Positions 1 through 11,820 of a stretch of DNA of 64,000 nucleotides are shown piece by piece (position 1 is the stretch's first letter; every line of letters starts with the position of its first letter). The stretch lies in NCBI RefSeq assembly GCF_006345805.1, contig NC_043008.1:5208001-5272000 (forward strand), written 5' to 3'. The notes beneath the pieces are model-generated. The model saw only the letters and a list, made by a program, of their open reading frames with translations, made no database searches and was not told where the DNA came from. Position numbers and translations under genes: made by a program. This DNA comes from Octopus sinensis. Taxonomy: Eukaryota.

Positions 1-544
1 TTTTTTTAAAAGAGTATTTCACAAAGTGGACATATGAGATTAAGAGAACTTAAAATGAAAATATATATATGAAAACAAAATACTTAATTTTTTTTAACAA
101 TTCTACTTTTATTTTGTTATTTAGAATGTCATGCCCCAGACACATACACATCATCATCATAGTTTAATGTCCGTTTTCCATGCTAGCATGGGTTGGACAG
201 TTCGACCGGGGTCTGGGAAGCCAGGAGGATGCACCAGGCTCCAGTCTGATCTGGCAATGTTTCTACAGCTGGATGCCCTTCCTAATGCCAACCACTCCGT
301 GAGTGTAGTGGGTGCTTTTTATGTGACACCGGCACAGGTGCCAGGGAACGCTGACAATGGCCACGATTGGTTGGTGCTTTTTACGTGCCACCAGCACAGA
401 AGCCAGTCAAGGTGGTGCTGGCATCGGCCACGTACGGAAGGTGCTTTTTAGGTGCCACCGGCACAGGTATCACAACTACAATTTCCATTTGATTTTTTGA
501 TGTTGATGGTGATGTACTTGACTCAATAGGTCTCCTCAAGCACA

Positions 545-1082
545 GTATTATACATTATAATAATAATGATGAAATTATTGTATACAGTGCTCAGGTGCAC
601 CACAACTTGTCAAAAGTGCATATAAAGCATATGCAGTAATGTACAAATGCCTGGAAAGTGAACAATGTATGAGTCAGATACATGCTTGCGTGTGTATGGA
701 GGGGAGAAAATCAGGTGTAGTTTTGGCAAATCACAGGAAGCATGGAAGTTTTGAAGGATGCAGTGCTCTGACAACTAACAACTGATGCCAGCAGTTTGTT
801 CCGTGCTTCAGCAACTCTTAGCGTGAAAAAATGTTTCCGAAAGTCATGGGAGCTGTGCTGTATTCTGACTTTGTAAACATGTTCACGGGTGTTAGACAGG
901 TGGTGTTTGAAAAGGTGCTCAGAATTATTGTTTGTAGGATGGTTAATAATTTTATGGGTGTTTGCCAAGTCAGCTGCCAGACGTCAGAGTTTCAATGTAT
1001 CCATGCCCAGGGAAGTAAGGCGTTCAGAATATGGCAAATGCTTGATGAAGGGTATTCTCTTGGTTGCACGTCGCTGAACGGT

Positions 1083-1132
<50 letters not shown>

Positions 1133-1740
1133 TGTGTACAGTGTTCAGGTGCACTACAACTCATCTAAAGTGTATATATAATCAGGTGTAGTCTCGGCGG
1201 ATTTCGGAAAGCATGAGGGTCTTAAAGGATGCAGTGTCATGGCAGTCAACAACTGACGCAGGTAGTTTATTCCATGCTTCAGCAACTCTGAGCGTGAAAA
1301 ATGTTTCCGAAAGTCATGGGAGCTGTGTTGTTTTCTGACTTTGTAGGCATGTCCACGTGTGTTAGACACATGGAGATCAAAAAGGTGTTCAGTGTTGTTG
1401 TTGGTGAGGTGGTTGATAACTTTGTGGGTGTTTACCAAGTCCGTCGCCAGACGCCGGAGCTTCAGTGAATCCATGCCTAGGGAAACAAGGTGCTCAGAAT
1501 ATGGTAGGTGTCTGATGGAGGGTATGCGTTTGGTTGCACGTCTCTGGACAGATTCCAGGAGGTCAATGTTCTGAGCAAGATAGGGGTTCCAAACTGATGA
1601 TGTGAATTCCAAGTGTGGTCGTACCATAGCTGTATACAGTTTTAAATAGATGGCTGGAGAGCGGCTAACAAAAGTCTTGCTGAGTGATGCCAAGACACCC
1701 TCGGCCTTCTTGACAATTTTAGAGATATGCTTTCCAGACG
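545..1740 (-). mobile_element. Two tandem 3' fragments of CR1-clade LINEs
   Basis: ORFs 1154..1693 (LYTAMVRPHLEF..VWNPY..LESVQRRATK..RRLATDL..TRGHAYK) and 711..968 encode the CR1-type ORF2 C-terminus; each ends in a short 3' UTR with a (TTA)n tail (about 545-570 and 1083-1131). Confidence 0.85.
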
Positions 1741-2104
1741 ATTATCAGGAAGGATGTCTTGAGTGATGTTCTGTTGGTGTCGTTTACTCCTTGAGTCAGC
1801 TATCATTGATCAGAATTTAGGATCAAAAGCATTCCATCCATGACCATCCCATTTTTTTAAGTATATCTAGGAAACATAACCTTAACCCATGCCAGCATGG
1901 AAAGAAAACAAACTGATGATGGCGAATGTGCCCTTCACATTTTTAAGAGAGCAGGAAATGATTTGAGAGAAATTTGGTTGCTTTTTCTAGCAGGTCAAGC
2001 AACCATCACATTTGTTTGAGTGATGTTCAGTTGGTAGTGTAGTTCAAAAGATTCAGAAAGCAATAAAATGATAAGAGCTGTTAATTATTTTAATTTGTTT
2101 TATT

Positions 2105-2507
2105 ATCATTTCCTCTTTTTACTCTTTTATTCGTTTCAGTCATTTGACTGCGGCCATGCTGGAGCACCACCTTTAGTCGAGCAAATTGACCCCAGGACTT
2201 ATTCTTTGTAAGCCTAGTACTTATTCTATCGGTTACTTTTGCCGAACTGCTAAGTTACGGGGACATAAATGCACCAGCATTGGTTGTCAAGCAATGTTGG
2301 GGGGACAAACACAGACACACAAACACACATATATATATACATATATACGACGGGCTTCTTTCAGTTTCCGTCTACTAAATCCACTCACAAGGCTTTGGTC
2401 GGCCCGAGGCTATAAGCAGAAGACACTTGCCCAAGGTGCCACGCAGTGGGACTGAACCCAGAACCATGTGGTTGGTAAGCAAGCTACGTACCACACAGCC
2501 ACTCCTG
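2105..2507 (-). mobile_element. tRNA-derived SINE with central microsatellite
   Basis: Minus-strand head GGAGTGGCTGTGTGG...GGTTCAGTCCC (A/B-box-like); homologous copies at about 29285-29450 and 62593-63450. Confidence 0.8.
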
Positions 2508-2629
2508 CTATCAATTGAATTACGAAACAATGCCTTTCTCAAATTTTGTTTTAGCTGTGTGTGCTGAAATTGGTTTCCATGAAAACTTTGTTCTTTTTTT
2601 GCAAAAGTGTGTGCACATCATCATCATCA

Positions 2630-2895
2630 TCATTGTTCGACCGTGGTCGAGACAATGGAATGTACTATGTTACGCCAGACTTCACACTCCATCATAACAT
2701 TACGAAGGTCCTGTTGTTGGATGCCTGTATCCCTGGAGCGTACATCAGGGTAGGAGAGTGTGCGCCCTCCGGTATCGCGAGCAGATGGCTTCCAGAGGAG
2801 ATGAGTAGAAATTACCTCGTTTTCAGCTCTACAACAATGTCCAGCAAACTGGACTCTTCTACCTTTCACAAGAGATGATACAGTGTGTGCACAGC
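2630..2895 (-). mobile_element. 5'-truncated RTE LINE, short-tail family (RTE-S)
   Basis: ORF KGRRVQFAGHCCRAENEV...STTVEQ* runs directly into a (TGA)n tail. Other copies at about 4490-4860, 26490-27005, 35670-36240, 38019-38307, 46925-47705, 50070-50712, 53872-54162, 60541-61213. Confidence 0.85.
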
Positions 2896-3059
2896 TAGAT
2901 GAGCAACCGGTCGTTTTGTATGTAATTATACATGTAAGTAATTGTTGCTCTGTTTCAAGTGTGGGTTAAGAATAATGGTGATGATGATAATGCTGGTGAC
3001 AATGCTGGTGACAAGGTTGACAATAACAATTCTTAGGAATTACAAAACTATTTACAAAC

Positions 3060-3134
3060 CACAGTAGCTGGGTGTACCACACATTGACATACTCAGAGTG
3101 CTTGTCGTCATGATCTTTGATAAACCAAAATCAG
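3060..3134 (-). CDS. Kinase exon (A)DFGLSKIMTTSTLSMSMCGTPSYC (75 nt, phase 1-1; activation loop)
   Basis: Acceptor ttttccattttcag, donor gtttgt; DFG...CGTP motifs; visible in ORF 3052..3246. Confidence 0.93.
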
Positions 3135-6100
3135 CTGAAAATGGAAAATGGAAAAAAATCGATGTCACTTGATTGGATATTTGATCAAATATAGTTTTGA
3201 CAGCAATTGCAGCATGGAAGGTGTTTATAAGCCATTTAAGAAACACACAAAAGCCATTAGATTCACATCAACATTTAAATTTAATTTGTCAAAATATTTT
3301 CGTTGCTTTGAGACCGCAACCTGTTCACTTACAAAATTCCATGGTACATCCTGTTGTGTGCGTGTGTGTGTATATATATATATATATATATTATGGAGAT
3401 ATACTTGCATAGCAAGTGACCAGATCTGAGATCGTGTGCTGGGATGAAAACAATTGCAGTGTGGAAGGTGCTTATAAACAACACAAAAACCATTAGATTC
3501 ACTTCAACATTTAAATTTAATTTGTCAAAATATTTTCATCACTTTGAGACTGCGACCTGTTCACTGACAAAACTTCGTGTTTTTGATAGGGTCATTGTAA
3601 ATTATTGGCTCTGTTCTTGTTGGTCACTAAACTACGACAAGTCACATTGATAAGAATATACACCCTAGCTGTTGAGGGAACCTGTGGAAGAGGTAGACCC
3701 AAGAAAACCTGGGATGAGGTGGTGAAGCATGACCTTCGAACATTAGATCTCACCGAGGCAATGACTAGTGACCGAGACCATTGGAAATATGCTGTGCGTG
3801 AGAAGACCTGGCAGGACAAGTGAGACCATAACCCGTGCCCTTTACCTGGGATGTCGCCAGTCCACTTATGCATACCTTTCCTTTTTGGGTCACAAAACTC
3901 TGCTTGCGAAGACCTGTTGAGGCAAGTGAAATCGAAATCAATCAAAAAATCAATGGAAATTGTAGCTGTGATACCAGTGCCAGTGGCACGTAAAAGGCAC
4001 CATCTGAACCTGGCTGATGCCAGCGCCACCTCGACTGGCTTCCGTGCTGGTGGCACGTAAAAAGCACCCACTACACTCACGGAGTGGTTGGTGTTAGGAA
4101 GGGCATGTAGGTTATTTATACTCGGAATGGTCAAATGGATGGACTGAATTACGACAGGACATGTAGATGGACTAAATCAGGCAAGTCATGAAGCTGGACA
4201 AAACTAGGACAGGTCATATAGATGGACTTATATCTATATAAACACACACACAGACACACACACATACAAGCACACACACATATCATCATCATCATTTGAT
4301 ATCTGTGTTCTATGATTGTGTAGTTTGGACAGTTTGACCGAACCTGATGTATCCATGGACTGCATTGTGCACTAATGTCTGTTCTGGTATGGTTTCTACA
4401 GCTGAATGTCTTTCCTAATGCCGACCATTTTACAGTGCGGACTGGGTGCTTTTCTTAATGCTACCTGTACGATTGAGGTAACCATGCAGCCCGTAGATCT
4501 ACCAATTCTACTATATGGCTCAGAAACCTGGACGTTATCAAAGAAGCTTGAGAGGCGGTTGGATGGAACTTACACTCGCCTCCTTATGCGAGCACAAAAT
4601 CTCTCGTGGAAGCATCATCCAACCAAAGTAAAAATATATGGGAAATTACCACCTGTATCATTTCTTGTGAAAGGTAGAAGAGTCCAGTTTGCTGGACATT
4701 GTTGTAGAGCTGAAAACGAGATAATTTCTACTCTTCTCCTCTGGAAGCCATCTGCTCGCGATACCAGAGGGCACACACTCCCCTACCCTGATGTAATCTC
4801 CAGGGATACAGGCATCCAGCAACAAGACCTCCGTGATGCTATGATGGACCGTGAAGGTTGGGATGGGGTAGTACAGGTTCCTGTAGAAGATCTGTAAGGC
4901 TACATACATCTAAAAGGAGAAGGGGAGAGGAAGAGCGACTGAATAGTATGAGGAACTGCAAGAGATAAATAATGGTGACACAGTGCCTACATGCCCTCCA
5001 CCACAAGACATAAGGTGAGTTGAAGAAACAGTTTGCAAGATTGTATGAGAATCAGGGTGGGGGAGACACACTACCAGAATGGGTTGGGTTGAAGGGCAAA
5101 TGAGCAAGGAGCCATGAACTGGAGTGAAAATCAAATTCGATGACTGGCATCCATGCTAGCGGGGTACAAAGAGAACTATACGAGGATGATCATTTGACAG
5201 AGCGGCTAACCGGCTTCCGTGCCAGTGGCACATAAAAGGGCACCATTCGAGTGTGATCATTGCCAGAGCAGCCAACTGGCTTCCATGCCAGTGGTATGTA
5301 AAAGGGCACCATTCGAGCGTGATCATTACCAACGTCGCCTTACTGGCACCTGTGCCGGTGGCATGTGTAAAAAGATTTGAACGAGGTCATTGCCAGTACC
5401 GCCTGACTGGCCCCCGTGCCGTGGTAGATAAAAGGCACCATTCGAGCGTGATCGTTACCAACATCACCTTACTGGCACCTGTGCCATTGGCATATGTAAA
5501 ATGATTCGAGTGAGGTCATTGCCAGTACCGCCTCACTGTCCCCCGTGCCGGTAGCATGTAAAAAGACCCACTACACTCTCGGAGTGGTTGGCGTTAGGAA
5601 GGGCATCCAGTTGTAGAAACTCTGCTAGATCAAGATTGGTGCCTGGTGCAGCCATCTGGTTTGCCAGCCCTCAGTCAAAATCGTCCAACCCGTGCTAGCA
5701 AGAGTGTAATGGGTGCTCTTACGTGCCAGTTTGGTGGAACTGGCAACGGCAAAGCCCAAATGGTGCTTTTTATGTTCCACCTGCACAGGAGCCAGTCCAG
5801 CGGCACTGGCGACGACCTCGCTCAAATGTTTCACGTGCCACCAGCACAAGTGCTAGTAAGGTGACGTGGTAATGATCAAGCTCGAATGGTGTGTTTAACG
5901 TGCCATCGGCACGAAGGCCAGCTTGTTGCTCTGGCAATGATCTCACTCGTATGGTACTCTTAGCGCTCCACTAGCACCGGATGCCAGTCACCGAGTTCAA
6001 TTGATTTCACGTGCCTCAACAGGTCTTCACAATCGAGTTTGATTTCGACATATAAAACGAAATAAAAAGTATAAATCATAGAGCTGAGCAAAAATCCCCT

Positions 6101-6272
6101 CTATAGAAGGTTATTAATAAGTGCAATGTAAACAGACCACAGGAAGGGGAAGAATGTTATTGATATGACATAGCTTGGTTGGTAAAATCATCACTAGTAA
6201 GCATAGATCTTTTATCGTTTACTTGATTCAATCATTAGACTGTGGCCATGCTGGTGCACAGACTGGGTACAT

Positions 6273-6307
<35 letters not shown>

Positions 6308-9300
6308 ATAGTCATGAAATATAATATAGACTAGCAGTATCGCTCGGCGTTGCTTGGGTTTGTTTTGACCCTTTAGAATTAAAATTTTTAAAAAGTAAAA
6401 ATTTTGCATTATGTAACTTGTTATTCTCTTTAAGTGAACATTTTTCTAGCTGAAATACACCGAAAAATGGCAACACAGCAGTCAAAAAACCGTAAAAAAT
6501 AGGGATTTTCATAGAAAAAAAGCACCTTTTTGATGTAAATAATTTTTGGTGTTAACATGGTCTGATTTGAATTTTCTCTCCTACAGAAGGAAGAGCAAGC
6601 CTTCTTCTATCAAATTCTCAATTTTGGTCATCTTGCGCCACAGGGTCTTGGAGGAGATAGTGTTAGTTGAAGGCTACCAAACCTGCCACACTCAGACAAC
6701 TTCGGCTTTATATATATAGATTAAGAGCACTTCCCGTTCGATTTTTGAGGCGATTCAGTCTGCAAAATAATTCTCTCATTTTGAGCTATTTTTTGACACC
6801 ATTTTCAACTGAAAACTCCTTAAAAAGGCACACTCAAAACTGCTAGAATTTGCATTTTTCAAGCTGGAGAATTCAAACTTGCTCCAATCGATTCAGGAAA
6901 TTTTTCTACATATATGCCCATATTTTGTTTTTTGAAAAACTCAAAAATTGAACGTGTTTTCACTCCATTTTTCCGTTGCATTCTCGTAAACACACGCACA
7001 GTCACGTATAGAATCTAACATGTTGCATGAACACAACTCAAGGCAATAGTGTATGACATTCACTCACTTGCAGAAAATGCATTGTTTTGGGCCTTTATTA
7101 TCGAGATAGAGACTTGAAACTTACTCTGGCCGTGACTACACCACGCCTTCTATAGGTGTGTAAATTTTCAGCTCGATCCTAGCACGTCTAGTGCCATTGA
7201 ATCCTTACCAAAGCCAAAGTGTGCAAGTTTTTTTCCTCTTTTATATAGGTAGACAAGAGGAGAGACCACTTAGTGGATCCCTTATATGCTAAAAATAATA
7301 TTAACTTTTACTCTTATTATCTTTTATCATGCTTTGCTACCTTTTATACTATCAGGTTTGGTGAAATTATTCTTAAAATTATTAATTGCTTTTTTAACTA
7401 CTTTTTTATTTCTTTATGTTCAATTGAATTAACAGCCAACTCTCATGCTCGTATGCATGCACACACACAATCACACACACACACACTCCACACACGCATA
7501 TATTATTTCGCAACAGATAAGTAATCTTGATATTTAAGTACAGTCATTACTTGGAAATGTAATCATTGAATCTACTGAGTTGTTCCCCTTACAACCTATC
7601 TATTTCTGAATGCTGAAATATTTTTAAAAAATCACTCTTTTTGCCATAGCAACCACATCTTTATTGCTTGCGAATTTTAACCATCGCGGGTCGCATCCTC
7701 ACCACGCATTTAGTATCCCTGCCAATTTTCAGCTCGATCCTAGCACATCTAGTGCCATTGAATCTTTACCAAAGCCAAAGTCTGCAAGTTTTTTTCCTCT
7801 TTTATATAGGTAGAAATAAGTATAATAAATTTGCTTTGATATATTTTTGTAATGGACTTATCAAGTTAACTGTTACCCATTTTCTTACAGACCTGATCAA
7901 GTTATTCATTTTTCAACAGTAGAAGAGAAGGAACCTAAATCAGTTGTTCAGAAAAGTCTAAACATGATTTTGTTTTTAAACAACACATCTGAAAAAGCAA
8001 CATGTTTCGAAACAGTTGGAATTTCAACTCTTTAGCATTTCGACTCCACTGTCAAATGTAATGCTTATTTATTAATTTAGGCAGGGTGCAAGAGAGACAT
8101 TGCGAAGGTATGGTCATGTGGTGAGAATGGATGAAGATAATTGTGCGAAAAAGTGCCATACCCTGGTGGTTGAGGGAATCTGTAGAAGAGGTAGACCCAG
8201 GACAACCTTCGAACATTATGTCACACCGAGGCAATGACTAGGGACCAAGACCTTTGGAATTATGCTGTGCGTGAGAAGATGCGGGAGGACAAGTGAGACC
8301 ATAACCCGTGGCCTTTACCTGGGATGTAGCCAGTCCACTTATGCATACCTTTCCTCTTTGTGACACAAAATTCTGCTTGTGAAGAGCTGTTGAGGCAAGT
8401 GAAATCGAAATCGATCAAAAAAAAATCAATGGAAATTGTAGTTGTGATACCAGTGCCGGTGACACGTAAAGGCACCAACCGATCGTGGCTGTTGCCAGCC
8501 TTTCCTGGCACCTGTGCCGGTGGCACGTAAAAATCACCCACTACACTCACAGAGTGGTTGGCATTAGGAAGGGCATCCAGCTGTAGAAACACTGCCAGAT
8601 CAGACTGGTGCCTGGTGCAGCCTCCTGGCTTCCCAGACCCCAGTTGAACCATCCAACCCATGCTAGCGTGGAAAACGGATGTTAAATGATGATGATGATG
8701 ATTTATTCACATTATTTTGCAATTAATTAAGAGATTTTGATGATGTATTTGTTAAAATTTTAGAATGGCATTGTAAGGTAGGTGTGAGAGACTGGATTTA
8801 GCCAGTTTGAACATGAAATAAAAATATTTGGGCCAGATGTGGCTTCTTTAACCCTTTCATTACCATATTTATTTTAAGGTACTCTGTGTTTCTTTCAATT
8901 AATTTTAAATATAACAAAGAATTTAGTAAAATAACTTAGTTATCATTAAGTTAGTGTCAGGAACATAAATTGTGACTAAGGTTTGGTGGAAGAGTTTAAT
9001 TCTAAACTTATGAAAACAAGACATTTGTACTCAGAGCTAGAAGCAGTTTCAGGTGGGTACTGTATTTCTGTTGAGATGCTCTGTGTTTCTTTCAATTAAT
9101 TTTAAATATAACAAAGAATTTAGTAAAATAATTTTGTTATCATTAAGCTAGTGTTAGCAACATAAATTGTAACTAAGGTTTGGTGGAAGATTTTAATTCT
9201 AAACTTATGAAAACAAGACATTTGTACAAGAGATCCAGAAGCGGTTTCAGCCAGGCTGGTATTGAAAGGGTTAAATGCTTACAGATTAACAAATATAGCA

Positions 9301-10469
9301 GTAAGACAACTTACCAATCTTAAGGATAGAATTTTCATCTTTTGTGCAGTAAAGTAAATTCTCAGGCTGTAAAGAAAGAACAGATTCCATAACTTTGAAA
9401 CGCAGAGACTGCTTCCATCTCACCATTCACATAATGATTATCATCGTTGTTGTTGTTGTCGTTGTCATTGTTTTATGCCCATTTTTTTCATAACACGTGA
9501 TTTCTAGTATGTGCCAGTGGCACATAAAAGGGCACCATTCGAGCGTGATCGTTACGAACATTGCCTTACTGGCACCTGTGCCGGTGGCATGTGTAAAAAG
9601 ATTCGAGCGAGGTCATTGCCAGTACTGCCTGACTGGCACCCGTACCGTGACATATAAAAGGACACCATTCGAGCATGATCGTTACCAACGTCACCTTACT
9701 GGTACCTATGCCGGTGGCATGTGTAAAGGATTCGAGCGAGGTTGTTGCCAGTACCGCCTGACTGGCCCCCGTGCCGGTGGCACATAAAAAGCTCCCACTA
9801 CACTCTCGGAGTGGTTGGCATTAGGAAGGACATCCATCTGTTGAAACTCTGCCAGATCAAGATTGGAGCCTGGTGCAGCCATTTGGTTCGCCAGTCTTCA
9901 GTCAAAATCGTCCGACCCATGCTAGTATGGAAAACAGACATGAAACGATGATGATGATGATAATCCTAAACTGTGGATGTTGTACAAGACTACCAAGTTC
10001 ACACATTTTATTGTTTTCATTTTATTTTTATTTACAAAAATACAAAAAAAAAATTTCAAAAAAATAGTTTAACAAGAGAGTGCTTTCTACCATTGTCTCA
10101 TCATCATCATCGCTTAACATTCACTTTCCATGCTGGGATAGGTTGGATGGTTTGACTGAAGATTGGTACTTTTTTTTTAAGACAAAATTTATATTATTTG
10201 CTCTCAACCAAGCTCCAAGTGAAATATGGTAGACAACAAGTGGACAGAAGCATGTTGGTAATATCATTATAGGTGCTGTGTGGTTAATTTATTCCGTTAC
10301 CTGGCATTACACTACCATGTGGTCCTTGAGTGCCTTTCCTAGACTATTCTCTGTTGCAATGATTCAAGCCAAGCCTGTGTTCTAAGGATACCATTCCTAC
10401 CATCCTCCTAACAACTTCAGATGCAGTAAAAAGAGTCTTAGGTCATGTTTTTCTGTGGCTAAACTTCTT

Positions 10470-10546
<77 letters not shown>

Positions 10547-11785
10547 AATTTGAGGGAATATTATTCCTAACTTACAGGGAAAAGTTCAATTTAGAAATAC
10601 TAAATCAAATTTCAAAATATATAATATACTAGCAGTATCGCCCGGCGTTGCTCGGGTTTGTAAGGTAAATAACTATATAAGCATTTTTAGAGAGTTATAG
10701 CCAAAAAATAGCAAAAAAAAATGCATTAAAAATGGAAAAAAAATTATGGTAAATTTTTTTTTAAATCGTTGACTCATCGTAGACATTTTCTGTTTTGGTG
10801 TCTTCAAGCCATGAAGTCGTTGTTCTAAAAGAACGCTGGTCTCCTTGACAACGCATTACGACGTTGATTTCCTTACACTCCCTTCCCCACAGCTTCACGA
10901 GGGAGGGAAGAAGGGGGAGAAGCAAACAGGTGCAGGTGTGAGCGTGGACGCCAACTCCGCCGCCATCGACACACGAAAAAATATGCATTAAAATGGAATA
11001 AAAAATGATGTTAAATTATTTTTAAAATCGTAGACTCATCGTAGACGCGCGCTAATACCCAGACGGGCTCAATATGAATCACAACTATAAGATACCCGAA
11101 TTTGGTTAAACTGCACCGCAAAATGTGGGAGTAGTTAGGAATCTAAATCGAAGGGGACAGACACTCACACAACTACAGTTTTATATATATAGACTAGCAG
11201 TATCGCCCGGCGTTGCTCGGGTTTGTAAGGGAAATAACTATATAAGCATTTTTAGAGAGTTACTTCCCTTATAGATGCCAATTCGGGCTTTCTTAGCCAT
11301 TTCTGTTTTGGTGTCTTCAAGCCATGAAGTCGTTGTTCTAAAAGAATGCTGGTCTCCTTGACAACGCTTTATGACATTGATTTCCTTACACTCCCTTCCC
11401 CACAGCTTCACGAGGGAGGGAAAAAGGGGGAAAAGCAAACAGGTGCAGGTGTGACCATGGACGCCAACTCCGCCGCCATCGACACACGAAAAATTATGCA
11501 TTAAGATGGAATAAAAAATGATGTTAAATTATTTTTAAAATCATAGACTCATCGTAGACGCACGCTAATACTCAGACGGGCTCGATATGAATCACGACTA
11601 TAAGATACCCGAATTTGGTTAAACTGCACCGCAAAATGTGGGAGTAGTTAGGAATCTAAATCGAAGGGGACAGACACTCACACAACTACAGTTTTATATA
11701 TATAGATATTTCTATTATATGTAATTTTCTAGATGGTGTAATTTAATTGTTCATTTTGAATTGATAAAAGGTGGTTTTTTTCTAA

Positions 11786-11820
<35 letters not shown>

